Positions 39,721 through 53,228 of a DNA stretch of 64,000 nt are shown here, in pieces. The notes beneath the pieces are model-generated. The model did not search any database and was not told where the DNA came from. It saw only the letters and a list, made by a program, of their open reading frames with translations. Origin of the DNA: Lama guanicoe (taxonomy: Eukaryota); contig MU054117.1 of the NCBI GenBank assembly GCA_013239625.1, forward strand, positions 1,424,011 to 1,488,010, written 5' to 3'. The translations under genes and the position numbers were made by a program. Position 1 is the first letter of the stretch, and each line of letters opens with the position of its first letter.

Positions 39721-42339
39721 GAAGAAGCCAAAATTTAATTTTACAAAAACAAGAAGAACATTAATACATTAGCGGTATCTGGCACAGGACACACACACAC
39801 ACTGTTTCAAGAGATGGCAGACAATCTTCATTTTTAAAAAAGTTTTCTTAAATAACTATCCCGATGGCCAGTCTTCATTTCAAGAAGCAAGAAACAATCT
39901 CTTGCCAAAACGAAGGAAATTTTTTTTGGAGGTACAGCAATCACATAAATTTTAAAGAAAAACACAAACGTTTCCCCGATGCTGCATCTCAGAGGAAAAC
40001 ACGCCCAAACACGCGTAGAGCTGCTTCCCCCTCCAGTTCTACCGTCTCCACGGTCTTTGAGCTTCATTTTCACTGCTCACTGGCCCCAGGCGAGCTGGCT
40101 CACAGGAGCCACGAGGCCACGCAGCAGCCCCACCGCTCTCCCCGACAGTTCTCTCTCTCTCTCAGGGTTAAAGTCAGATGCTTATCTTCGCTATAAATAA
40201 AAACAAAGCACCAAACCGCCACCGCCAGGCACCCCCCACCCCCAGTTCAGTCGATTCTGCCGTATAAAAATGTAGCTGAAACGAGCGGTTATGTCAAAAG
40301 ATAAAGCAGGTGTCACTGCTGAAAGAATAGAAATATATAAAGAAAACATTCTGAACCAAGGGAAGGCGGCATTTCCTTTGTTACAACATGTGAGGCCCTC
40401 AAAGAGTAACCTGTGAAATTTAAAGGATGTCAGGATGCTAAACGTAATACCACTATACACATTTTTTTTAATTTTAAAAATTTGTACTAGATTTATTTTA
40501 ATTTGCATTATTTGTAACAATAATTATAGCTATAATTAATGAACCACTACCTATGCAGAACATTAAGAAAGGCTAAAAACAATTTTTAAAAATAGCCCTT
40601 AACCAAAGGCAGACGTAACCTAGCGGCAGGAGGGGGGGTGTGATTTAATCACAGAGGCCAATTATGAGGAAGTGTACTGAGAAATTTAAAACAACGAAAT
40701 GTAATTAAACATACAGGCTGAGGAACAAAAGATAAGCCACTAACAAGAACAGGGTAGAGTCCATCAACGGAAGTTAATTTTAAGCCAGAACCTTTAGGTG
40801 CTGAAACTGGAGCCCTACAGGGGAAAGATTCCACGTCAGCAGAAGAGCATGGTTTAGGAACCCATGAGCCATCTCTAAGGAGGCCCGACCCAGCCTGCGC
40901 AGAGCAGAGCGGCCACGCCTGTGAGTGCCTCACCTGAAAAGGAGGTTAGAAACACGGGATCTGGCTGACAGGAAGCCCCAAAGGCCAGGCTAAGGCGCCC
41001 GGAGTGAGTTCTCGACGTCTGTTTATGCAGCTGAAATCAGTGAACACTTCTACAGAGAACCAAGTCTGTGCAAAGTACCAAGACAGGGTCCCCAAGCTCA
41101 AATATCCGGGGGAAATGACACACAAACTACCAGCGTTTGGTACAAAGCGAGATAAAATAAGCCCTGAAATCAAAGCAGAAACCAGCTGTACTGGAATCGC
41201 AGAACAGGGTGCAATTAACTCCAAGGGTGGGGAGCAGGCAAGCTTTGCAAGGGAGGCACGTGTGATCTGAGCCCTACAAGATGGGCAGGCGTTCAGTGCA
41301 AAGCTTCCCTAATCCCCAACGACCATCAGTCAAACGAGCTAAGATCATGCTCCCAAGTAATGCTCACCTGGGAGGCCCTTGTTGCTGGGATCTACCCAGT
41401 TCCAGTCTCCACACAGCAACCACTCATGAACTGCACTCTAACATGCCTTTCACATACCCAGCCCACACACACATACGTTTTAATAAGCATATCTAACGTT
41501 CACAGGGAGGAAAAAATTTCCTTCTTTATCTCTATATCCTCAGGGCACTCAGCCGAATGACAGCTCCACAAAGGACACTCAATAAACGTTTACTGAAGAC
41601 AACTACAGATTATTCTGAAACCTGATTTAGCCAATTACAGCGAAATATGGCTCAGAGGAAATGTTAGTGAAATAACTCAGAAGTGAATTTACCCGATACA
41701 GAGCTAAATTCTTGAGTAAGGGAAACAGGCAGTTTGGCAAAATTCAATGCAGAATGTCAACAGGCGCTTAAATAAAAAAAAAAAAAAAGTGACAGGAGGA
41801 AAGGCTGGTCACCAGGACGTGCCCCGTTGTGTCTATCACGCACGCCCCGTGTTTGAGCACCGGCTGGAACTGTGAAGGAGCTCAGATGCTAGTGCGTACG
41901 GACCATGCCAGAAACACTTGAAACACTGTCACATAATCGCGTCTTAGAAGAGTCACGTGTGAACCTAAGAAAATATTCCAAAGATCTCACGAGGGGCAGT
42001 GATTTTTGGTGAGTGTGCGACAGAAAAACTGTCCAAGGCAAGTGTCTCCCACCTCCAAGGTCAGTAAGACAGAATGGGAGGCCCCCACCCTCCCCCTGAC
42101 CGTGCTGGATACACCCCATCAGACCACGCACAGGTGCTGACCTCTCCCTCAGCCTCTGAGCAGCATTAACAGCCTTCTCGTGCCTGCAGGGAGGCCAAAA
42201 TCTCCTTTTTCTCTCCCACCTCGACTGGCCTTTTCATTTCAGGTTCCTGCCAAGCCCCGCCCTCTCCTACTTGGTTGCCCCAACCCGCCACCCTTGCTCT
42301 ATACGGCGAGTATCCAAGAACTCAGGGAGTGAGGGCCCT

Positions 42340-43452
42340 GACTCCACGTTCTTCCACAGATGTTTTATTTCCAGATGGTATCACTGGGCCTTGTGAATTT
42401 CATTATGACTTTTATGCTCAAGTCTCCAGAATTAATTTAACTACAACAGACTTCTCTAAACTCCGAATTGGCACATCGACTGCTGGCTCGACCTCTCCAT
42501 CAGGACATGTCCCAGACAGACACCGCCACACAGTGAAAGTGGACTTGTTCTTTTTGCCTGGCAAGCCTGCTTACCTCGCCGTCAGGGCTCCCCCATCTTC
42601 TCACTGAGCGTCAGCCACGCTGGGGACCCAGGACCCATACCCGGTCCCTTCCTCCCCCTTAGTGTCCCCTCCAATCCATGAGAAATTCTGACCATTCTGC
42701 CTGACGGGACATCTCAAATCCATCCTCTTGTCTTTTTTCCCTTCTGAGCCTCCAGAAACCTTTACCGTCGACGCTCACCTTCATAAGGGCCTCTTGCTGT
42801 GACCCGAGCTCCTTCAGAGGAGGGAGCCCGTCTGTCTTCCACCATCACTATTCACACAAAGCAGGTGTGCCACACATATTTAGTGAGACATACTTTCTTC
42901 ATAACCACTCTCATCCCATTCTAATCCATGGTCCAAACTATGCAAGAAACAGTATTCTCCAAATGCACATCAAATCCTGACCATCTTTAAACTGCTTCAC
43001 CACCTGTCAGACTTAAACTTGACACCAGCGCCTCCACGGTCGGCAGGACCAACACGCACCAGTGCCCGTTTCCCACCTTCCTCGCCACACTCACCCTCCG
43101 GCATGCCACGCTTCCCCCTCAACGGACGGATTCCCTCCACTTGAAACACTTCTCACCCGGCTTTTTCAGATCTTAATGTCACGCCGTCAGGAAGGACGTC
43201 TCCAGTGCGCTGCCCAAGTCTGCTGCCCAGCGTCCTGCCCTCCCCCGTGATCGTTCTCATGCCCGGTTTATTTCCCTATAGCACTTACCATAGTTCCTAT
43301 TTAGCTGTTCCCGTGGGTTTATCATTGCTTTCTCCCCCATGAGACAATGTGCTCAGAGGGCAGGGAACATGTCTTTTCACGGCTGCATAAACTAAGTTTA
43401 GCAACAGAGCGCTACACTTAGAAAGCATCCAACAAACTTATATTGAATAAAA
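42340..43452 (+). mobile_element. L2 LINE fragment(s) with 3' end
   Basis: tatgctcaagtctccag...gactgctggctcgacctctccatcaggacatgtcc, and the tail tagcacttacc...gagggcagggaacatgtc...aacaaacttatattgaataaa. Confidence 0.65.
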
Positions 43453-43469
43453 TTGGTTGAGAATAATGC

Positions 43470-43650
43470 GCCCATGCTGGTTCATCGACTGTACCAAATA
43501 TGCCACACTGCTGAGGGGTGTTGAGGGTAGAGGACGAGTGCATATGTGTGAGTGGGGAGGGCTATGTGCAAAACTCTGTGTATTTTCCGCTCAATTCTGT
43601 TGTGAACCTGAAACTGCTCTAAAAGAATAAAGTTTGTTTTAAAAAAAAAG
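43470..43650 (+). mobile_element. L1MC-type 3' end
   Basis: ggttcatcgactgtaccaaatatgccacact...ctcaattctgttgtgaacctgaaactgctctaaaagaataaagtttg followed by an A-tail. Confidence 0.8.
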
Positions 43651-44409
43651 AATACAAATGCAAGATACCAAGCATGTCCAAAGAAAATGAGTAAAAGTAC
43701 ACCCAGTACCCTGGAAGGACACAGACTAGTCAAGGCACATCAACTCTGGTGACACCAGCCATACCCTCAGCAGCATCACGGCTTCTCGATCTGGGTCAAA
43801 CCTTCAGAATAATCAACGCGCTCAACTCAATTCTAAAACACACAGTGGCTTCAGGCTGTCAAACCACACGGAGGACACACAGTACCCGCATCGCAAATGC
43901 AGAGATGGCCCGTGGGAACCCAGGACGCCCATCCTGTATCACTGCATTCGGTGGTGAGACGCAAGGTGTTCTGACCCGACCGCACGCACACTCAACACCG
44001 TGAGTTCACACTAGTACCTGAGTCCCGTCTAGCGCCACAGGGTTCATTTAAGCCTCCCCACTTCACTCCTCTGCAACTTCCTTCTCGAATAGTGAAAACC
44101 TCAGCCTTCATGACCTCCGATGCATTTCTTTCATGTAGGCACTGTTCTTCGGACTTCCGCTTTGCTGTACTCAAGCAAGTGGCCTCTGAAGCTTCCCAGG
44201 TCAGTCCCCGCTTCTCCACCCCCTTGAGGGTGGCTGTGCCACTCATCGATAAAACAGGCTCACCTGTTAGTGTTCGTACTCCTTTCGGGGTCCCCCCGCC
44301 CCACATCTTGACTGGTTTAGTTTATTTAGTTCTAGAGCATGTGAAGGACACAGGAAACACTACACCGGTTCTAAGAGTCAGAGATATGACTCAGATATGC
44401 TCAGAGAAG

Positions 44410-44790
44410 TGTCACTTTCTCCTCGAACCCACAACCCCGTCAGCTTCCCCTTCTTCCTACTGCTCCTCTCCCCACGGCTCCCTGAGACCACTGGTCTCGT
44501 TAGTTTCTAGCTGATCGCTCCTGTTTTCTTTCCCAAAAAGATCAGATATGTGTGTATTTTCTTCTATCAAGAGTAGCAAACTACAGAGAGCCTTCTGTGC
44601 TCCCCGCCCGCCCCCACCCCCAGCAGGGTGTCCTGGAGATTAGTCCCCGACCAGTGCAGCAGACGTCGTCCTCGTCCTGTTAGGGCGGCCCGGCTCCACG
44701 TGGATGAGCCACAGTGGATCTGAGTAATAAGCAAGCAGGTTGTCTCCAATATTTTGCAATTAGCACAATACTGCAAACAACCTTGGCACA
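44410..44790 (-). mobile_element. Old L1M 3'-UTR fragment
   Basis: ggttgtctccaatattttgcaattagcacaatactgcaaacaacctt resembles the antisense L1M 3' region. Confidence 0.55.
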
Positions 44791-47700
44791 TCTGAGCCCT
44801 GAACAACGGGGGTTAAGCCGAGCACAGTCAGTCAGCCCTCCACACCCAAGGCTCCTCCGCGCTCACGGACTCCAGCTACCACGGACCGGGGACGGTTACA
44901 GTACTTACTGCCGGAAAATGTCCGCATACAAGTGCACCCTCGACTTCAAACCTGTGCGTTCGAGGGTCAACGCCGCATGTATTTTTACACCGTTGGAGAC
45001 GTAGCTTCACATCCATCTGGGCACTGAAGAGCCGAGGCGGCCAGCCGCTGCATGTGCACACGAGGACTAGGACCCACATAAGCAGTCGCTCCGGGGGCTT
45101 TACAAGTTACCGAGAGTACAAAAGGGCTTCTAAAACCGAAAGGCCTGAGACTGGTTAAGACAGACCATAGTAATAACTGTTCAAAACACAGAAGTACAAA
45201 CAGGATGCAGTCGAGTGGCAAAGTGACACCTGAAGAAGGGGCCTCCGTAACCGAGGCCAAGATAAACAGCAGCGTGCAGAGCGCTGAGGTCCCCCCATCC
45301 CCGCCACCACTTCCATCTCCCAGGGAAGGAATCTGCTTACTCTCCTCAGGACACTTTCCAGGCTGCGAGCTAAGGACAAACAGCAAAGTCACAGCTTATT
45401 CCCAAACTCACTTCATGCCAAAAAGAAGTACTTTTACTCTTACCTAAAGTATTTAAAAAAATGGAAAATGGAAATGAAATGAAGCTATCTTTTCAGAACA
45501 GTTTCCAAATAAAACATGAATTTTGAATCAAAGAAGAAACGCTCAGCACAGCAAGGACAACAAACGCACAGACGCTCCGCTCAGCTGTCGGGAGGACACC
45601 CCACACGCGGCCCCGGACAGAGGAGCCACGGGGAGCCAGCACGGTGACGCCACCGACACGGAGTAAACACGTGCAGAATGGGCCCGGACTTTTAAAAACA
45701 CACACACAGGGCCTAAAGAACAGGAAGGAAGAGCACAAGGCACAACAGTGAGAGAAGGGAAGAGATGCTGACCGGGAAGGAGCGCGCACCCAGCTTCTGG
45801 ACGCCGGCGGTTTTCTAACTCCTGAGACGAACCCTTTACACGGATCACTCACACTGCGTGAGTGTGTGCGTGTGTTTTACGTACTTCTTCAATGTATGTT
45901 AGTTCTCAGGATAAAGAAAAGAAAATTAAAAAGTAGAACTACCACTGTGTGGTGAACTGTGACCAGAAAGAGTGAGGCCACCAGCGAGCGTAGCACCGCA
46001 GCCGGCAGGCAGTGCGCAACAGAGGCCAGACCGGACCCTCTGGTCCAGACCAACTTTCACTCTTCACTAACAAGAAAACAAAATACACTATGTGTTTACT
46101 AACACGATCAGCAGAATTAATCTTCGGAAGTCACGGTGGCATCTGATAAAGATTGAATATTCATTATTCATCAAAGTTCAAAACATTAATTACAAAGTAC
46201 TTCTTTTTAACGTGGTCAAGATTTTTTAACCCTAGAATTACTATTGTGCAAATAGTGGAAATACTAAAGTAATTCCTCCCTTCCGCTTCACCTGCTTCAT
46301 GAAAACATCAGCCGACGGACCCACATGTATACCCAGAAATTTAAAGCAAAGCCAAATCCAGGTAATAGATCTTTTTTAATGCACATCCTCAGTCAGCTGC
46401 TTGTCTTCGCTCCTAATCCCCAAGGACGCTACGGTGAGCCACCTCTCCAAGAACCCCCACTTCTTTCAGAGGGACTCGCCCTCAGAGACCACCATCCGGG
46501 CACCAGGGAGACCCGCCACCACCGGCCGTCATCTGCAATGACACTGGTAAGAAATAAGCAGCGAGGCTGTTGAGTAAAAGAGCCGAGATCAGACCCAAAG
46601 CGCCCCATTTGTAGCGCGTGCCGGTCCACAGGCGTGCATCCCACGTGCGTCCTGTTATGCCCCATCAGGATCACCTTCCTGACCCCACTACCTGACTCAC
46701 TGAGACACCCGGGAAAGGGGCTCATCACCCTCACAGTTTTCTCCGTACATAACGTGTAAACAGTCTGACTCACTTGTCTATCGGGTTATACGGAGAGGAA
46801 ACACGAGGCGACCCCCGAAAGCATTTCTGGTGTCACTGTAACCAACTGATAGAACATTAAAAGGGCACCTTCCGGCTTACAAAGACAGCCCGGAGTCAGA
46901 AAACATCAAACGGGGGTGAAGAGGGGAGAACAGGACACATGAAGCAGGGAAAGGGCTGATGTAAAGAAGGGCTTGTCTTATAAAACAAATAAATATTTTC
47001 TTTCCTTAAAACCAATGGGATCCTAGTCCAGAAACAAGGTTGAATTGAAATCCTAGAAACAGCCGAATTATTAAATCATGTCATAAAATATAAGATGCCA
47101 ATTCAAACGCATGAGCAGTGAGATAATTTCCTAAATAGTTTAGTGAAATTGTTAGCAATGAAAAAAAAAGACCCTCCTACACAAAATACTGTAGAATTAT
47201 TTATTAAAAAGTAAAGATAAAAAAAAATGAAAGCCCCAAACAACTTAAAAATATTTATAGGTAAATATTTATGCATTCTCAAAATGGGGATAAACTAAGC
47301 AAGAAATTCATGGGGGAAAAGCCGCCGTAGGAGAGAGAGAGAGAGATTTTAATTACATTAGTAAACAAATGAAAATTTAAGACATGAAAAATACTCAGCC
47401 TCACTGGTAATCAGAGAAATAAAAATTAAAACAAAAATTAAATATTTTCCACCTATCAGATTGGCACTAAAAATGAAAAAGGAGGAAGAAAACGCATAGG
47501 AACAAGTGTTACTGGCAAGAGTGAGCAAAAACATATTGATCTGCTTTTTTCAAAAGTTGGTGCCTTTTAGGAAATTTATACTGTTTCTATAATCAGTAAA
47601 AGTTATATAAAAGAGAAATTAAAAAAGGAATTAAAAGGATTTTCATGTCTAAAATGAATCTGTTATAAAGCCGAAACATAGCTTCTACGTAGCCAACAAC

Positions 47701-48618
47701 AGCTCCTCCACCTCTGCCCAGGAGGGACGCGCGGCCCTGCAGCGCGGCGGACACGCCCTGTCAGGCCAGCCAGAGTTGCGACGGGAGAAAGACAATCTGG
47801 AGGTGGCTAGTGGTCTCAGCAGGAGTTTTAAGAGATTTCCACCAAACCTATGGAACCCGCTAAACCTTAAACCTCCATCCTGACAGACCAGAGATCCTGG
47901 AAGTCCTGGTGAAAATCACGGCCGAGCCGCTCAGAAAGCTGTGTGCACTCGGGTGACAACCCGACGTCCCCGAGACGGGTTCCACACCCTCTGCCCCACC
48001 GCCGAGGGACGGCGAGCAACGAGGGGTGACGGGCCCAGGCTCGGGCACTCCTCGGTCACTGCGCCACTGTTACTGAGCCTGGCTGAGCCTCACCTTGGCA
48101 GTACCTGGGTTTAAACACCGATTCTTTCCCCAGTGAAGTGAAACAGCGTGTTTCATACATCCTGTATGACTGTGGATCCATCCTCTAAACGGAATTTTTA
48201 AAAGGTAAGAAAGAGGAGGGAGGGGGAAGGTGAGACAGGCGGGGGAGAATGGGAAAGGAAGAAGGAAGAAAGAAGGCAGGTAGACATCAGCCGAGCCCAG
48301 CAAAGCACCTGAAGGAAGGGAGGCGGCACACAGTCACACTCGGCCCCTGCGGCTCCCGGACCCCGCTCGCGGCGGGAACAGGGGACTCACCGACCGTGTG
48401 TGACCGCCACGGGGCAAGGCCGACTCTCTCCTGTGCTGGGGCTTCCTCACAGGCTACGGGGTAAACTTGCCTTTTCTACGCAAAGCCATGCCTTCACTGC
48501 TAGAGTGCTGGGCTGAGAGGAGGGCGGCACGCAGGGTAGGAAGAGAGAACAGAGGACGAGGCTGAAGAGGGGGAGCAGAGCGCCGGCCGGCCGCCCAGCC
48601 TCGGGCGCGGCCGCTCAC

Positions 48619-48754
48619 CTGCAGCTGCTGGGAGCTGTCGGTGAGGTTGTCCTCCCGGCGCCGGGCCTCCTCCAGCATCTGCGCGCTCTTCTTCTTCTCC
48701 ACCTGCTCCTTGTGCTTCAGGTTCGCTACCTTCTTATTCTGGTCCTTCACTTGC
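48619..48754 (-). CDS. ERC1: ERC1 internal coding exon (136 nt, phase 2 to 0): G + QVKDQNKKVANLKHKEQVEKKKSAQMLEEARRREDNLTDSSQQLQ
   Basis: Acceptor ctcctcccctcccacag|G and donor CAG|gtgagc. The exon is 1 nt + 45 codons, in phase with the upstream exons. Confidence 0.97.
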
Positions 48755-49229
48755 CTGTGGGAGGGGAGGAGAATCAAGCTCTTCATACACACACAGGGGA
48801 AAGCATGTGTTTATTCACAACTTGCACCTCTGACACCAAAGAACAGCAGCAAACCAACAGGCTTCTGGCTGCAGGACCCCTCCAACGCCGCCCAGGGCCT
48901 CCCTACCAGTGGCAGCAAACTGGTGACAAGGATGCTTCAGGAACACGTGGCTAAGCATGTGCTTTATGAAGCACAAGGAAACCATAAAACACAGGCAGGC
49001 ACAGTGTGAAACGGCAGAGAAAGAAAACCAACGCAGAGATTTTTGCTGGAAATGTGGAAAGTCTCTTGACATCAATGCTAGGAAACTGCAGAATGACTAA
49101 GGAAGGTGTGTAACACAGCTCCAACTTAGTGTTACTAAGTAATTCAAACTTCCGAAAGGCTGTAAATAACACAGGTGTACACAAAACGTGACACAAAGAT
49201 GGAGGGAGCCAGCGTAAGCAACAGAACGC

Positions 49230-50700
49230 TCTCCCTAATTCTCAGCTCACTGCCCAGCCCCCCCTCTCCAAACTAAGATAACTGACACCCCGAATTCTGC
49301 GTTTAAGGTCCCCTTGTCCCTATCACCATCACGCTGCTCATGTGGATTCTCCATTTAGTTTGCGTGTGTTTGAAACTTGTGACGTTTATCAACTTTTTTC
49401 TCTTCAGTCTATGTCTTGAGACTCATTAATAAGTGTGATGTAGCTTTTCTATCCCCTCCGTTTTCGCTGCAGCATGAAGTAACACATGGGAACGGTGTCC
49501 CCCCCTTTCCCAAGGTGATGGACGACTGGGTTGCTTTCATTTTTCTTGATATTACAAACAACATTACGCTCTGCTATTCCTGGCCAAGAGATTCTGTAAG
49601 GTCTGGGCCTCGAAACTGAATTGCGTGTTCACTAGTTATTTCTCAAGTAATTGTATTCGCTCACATTTTTGCTAGTAATGCGCTAAGAGCACCTGTTACA
49701 CGTCTACACATTCACTAACGCCTGGTCCTACTCAGCTTGCTGAATTTTACCAGGCTGGCAGACACAGACAACACCCCGCTGCAGCCGTAGCACATATGAT
49801 CCTCGCGACTGTGAGAGCGAGGGGCCTCCCCTAGCCTGCCTCTGGCCCGACGTGCGCCCACCCTGCTCACCTCTGTGCCTCGACAGGGACCAGAAGGGGT
49901 CACCTGAGGTACACTCTGAAACACAATCCTGTGGTGGCATCTGTTTTCACTGCTGGTGTCTAAGAGTGTGTGACAAACCAAGAATGCTGAAAAGAACAAA
50001 CACGCTCCTGACTACTGAGGCCGAACTCCTTTTCAAATGGTAATGGGCCATTTCTGTGAAACAGCTATTACGTGCTTTGCCCATTTTTCAACTAGGATAT
50101 CTTCCTCTCAATGAACTGTAAGTTTACTTATATATTCTGGGTAACAGTCCTTTACTCTTACATGTGATGCAAATATTCTCTTCCAACCTATGAATTATTT
50201 TCTGATTGCTTTATGGCATGTTTTCATTTACAAAATTCAAAAATTTTAATCGTTTCAGATGCACTCAGCTTCTCCTTTATGGTTTATAATTTTGTGACTT
50301 TTTCACAAAATCTTCCCCAACCCAAGTTCGTAAAACTAGTCCCCTAAAAATTCTGTAACTGTGTCTTTCACGCTGAAGTCACTCATCCACCTGGAAGTGA
50401 CGGCGTGTAGGGTATGAGGTACATACAGAACTTCATTTGGGGGGTATGTGCGTGGTAAGAATAAAATCTCGTTCTATATAGACACACACACACACTGCTG
50501 ACCGACTGCCCCAGCAGCATTTACACACGAAGTCCCTCTGTGCCTGGTGTCTTTCCATATTTCTGTGCCGCCACGTGAACGGCTACGTCTTTCTAAGAAG
50601 CCTGAATATGCATCAAATAAGGAAGGCCGTGCTCTCCAGCACTGTCCCGGCTCTTCCTGGCCCTTTGTAGCCCTCAAATAAACGTCATCTGAAACAGTCT
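49230..50700 (-). mobile_element. Old L1ME-type fragment
   Basis: ctcagcttgctgaattttaccaggctgg, ttgcccatttttcaactagg, ttatatattctgggtaacagtcc and gcaaatattctcttccaa match antisense L1 ORF2/3' sequence. Confidence 0.7.
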
Positions 50701-53076
50701 GTGAAACACGGAATTTCCTTCTCTTAGAAACAGATCAATATGCCGTTTGATTTAAAGTCAAGTTCTCAAAAACTTGTTAGTAAAACCCAAACTTGTTAGT
50801 AAATCTGTATTTTAAAATGCTACCAGAAAGTAAAAGATTTAATGGTTTTGTAGAGATTTTTTAGCTTCCTTAAACTGTTGTTGTACCTGAATCAACTGAG
50901 TTGAATTATAATAACTGAGTTAAATCCAAAGTCAACTTACACCTTTTATTACTCTTCAAGCAAAAAAAGAGAAGCAATAAAAGAAATTCATAAACGAATA
51001 AATCCTTTAAAATCAGATTTTCTACTGAAGATTTCCCATCATTGTTACTACAGTGAACAATGAAATTTTGCTCTCCCCTGGTTCACTTCACAAGTGTGCT
51101 TTCTTCTGCAATGAATATGGTTTATTCAAAATAGGAATTGCATGAAAATGTTGAAAAACACAAAATAAAACTGAGTCTTTGTTGGTAACAAGTCAGGCGG
51201 CCAATAATGTAGATGAAAAAGGAACTTTTTAAAAGAACACGAGAAATGTTCTCGAGGAGAAGGAGGGTTCAGTCTACGGACAAGGTTCTGAGAGCTGCTC
51301 AGAGGGAAGGAGTGAACAGGCAATGGGGCCTCGGGTCGGAGCTGGGACATCAGGCCCAGTGGCAAAAGCAGGTAAAGGGAGAGGACACACCGGTGAGACG
51401 GCGGACCCGCAGGGAGACGGAAGCGCACAGTGTGAATCTGCCTGAAGACCCTTGACGAATCAGACTACCCTGAATGATCAGGAAGCAAAGGTTTTATCTT
51501 ATTTTATTTTTAACATACTTACACTCCATACAAATTGCTTCAAGAGAGTCAAAGGTAAGGGGATTTTTTCAGAAATATCATTAAGCATTGAGAAGAAATA
51601 TCAGCGGGTAGAAATGGGAAAGAGAATCTTCTTCAAAAAAAAGCCTCAACTTCACCTTTCTACCCAAAATAGAGATTTTAGCTCCTGAACAGTAGAGTCG
51701 GAAAACACCATTACAGAAGAAACACGTCTTCTCTTCTTCTCCACGCACACAGCTCTGCACTGGGACCCGCTCTGCACCCGCTGTGACTACAGCTAGGAGT
51801 CACGGAACGGTGTGGTGTCTCAAAGAGCCTGAGACGGAGGGCACCAAGTATGACGTCTTGGGTCAAACAGGACCCCAGGGCCGAGGCAGCTCCGGCTCCC
51901 GACAGCTACCCTGAGCCAGGCACTCTTCTAGGCGCTCTCTGTATCAACTCTTCGGATGTTTACAACGACCCTTCGGATTAGATACCCATCCCGGTGCCCC
52001 AGATGGGAAACTACAGACGAGAGATCCACCTAAGAAAGTCGGGGTGACCCGGGACTCCAAGGCTCGCACTCGGATCCCAGGCTTGAGAGCGTGCAACGTA
52101 GAGCCCTGAGGCTGAAGTGAGGACATCCGGCTTCACATCTAAGCACATCAATTCCCAGCTAGCGGACCCGAGAGAAATCACACTACCTGACCTCAGATCC
52201 TCGTCGGAACAGTAATCTGTCCTGCGTAGCCCGTGCGCCGGCTGTGAGACTCAGACAGACGGGTGCTCTCACAACAGGAAGTATACACGATGTCACTGTT
52301 ACTAGAAGACAGCTAAGTAAAACGCACACGGTATCACCAGGATCACTCTGTGAACCCTATCAGAACTCCTCATGCCCTGATTTCCACTGCCACGACTCGT
52401 ACGCAAAATGAGTAACTCTCAAATGCAGGCTTCTGATGGTTTTCTGCCAGCCTGTCTTCCTAACTTACTTACTGGTGAGGATGGACAAGCTACGGAATGG
52501 GCTCTTACGTGTGTTACTCACCCAAGAGTGGACGTGACAGACCTCTCCGCGTACCTGCTGGGAGGCTCCCCTGAAACAGAGCACGTGGAGTCCCCTCCGT
52601 GGAGCCTCGGACACACCGACAGCACTGCGGCTTGCTGCCTTGGTTACCACCTTCTGCCACCAGCGGGCTCTCAAAACAAGCCCCCAGTTGAAAGGGTACG
52701 TGTGGGTTTGCGTACGTGAAAGAATTCGAAGGTTCTTACACAAACCCCAAGACTCGTGGCAACTTCCCCTCCCGCACTCACGCTGCCCTTTACCTGCTGC
52801 TAGACGGTAACAGCCAGAACGTCTCTGATGGAATGTGACTAAGTTACCTGCTCGGCCTGACACGTGCCTCCTGACTACTCTCTCTTTTGAACTTTGAATC
52901 CACTCTTCCGGTAAATCTAAGACTCATGACATTTTCCGCGCTCGTACACGAGTTTCTCGACACCTCGTTCCTGGGATGAGCACTGTCACTGCGGCTGCTC
53001 ACGAGAGCAGACGACGCGTGCGCGCACAGCCGTGAAGCTCTGCTACACGGCTTTGCTGTAGGACAAGCATACTGAC

Positions 53077-53088
53077 CTTGAGGTGAGA
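53077..53088 (-). CDS. ERC1: ERC1 12-nt microexon TCTCACCTCAAG (phase 2 to 2), inserting SLTS: ...IAELE-S-L-T-S-R-QVKDQ...
   Basis: Minus strand reads ...ctctaac...gatttgctgtttccttcag|TCTCACCTCAAG|gtcagt. Joining gives AG|T CTC ACC TCA AG|G CAA = S L T S R Q, matching the ELESLTSRQ isoform I recall for rodent ELKS1. Confidence 0.9.
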
Positions 53089-53228
53089 CTGAAGGAAACA
53101 GCAAATCCAGGAAGAAAATGCGAAAGAGAAAGTTAGAGAGAATTAATAAGGGCAACATTCAGAACAATATTATTCACAGACACAGACAACACACAGAGAA
53201 CAGAACCAGAGAAGGGAAAAGTCACAAA
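53089..53228 (-). promoter_or_regulatory. Microexon 3' splice-site module: branch point CTCTAAC (53138-53132), long pyrimidine tract, UGC at -15..-13, about 138 nt free of AG
   Basis: There is no CT on the + strand (AG on minus) between 53091 and 53228. The gca at 53101-53103 is UGC in the pre-mRNA. Confidence 0.75.

Noticed and set aside
52844..53158. 104-aa ORF spanning the microexon, with a CAG|gtaact donor at 52848/52847
   Set aside because: It is not in the ERC1 frame. Reading past the microexon donor in the ERC1 frame stops after RSVCLSYSKAV.
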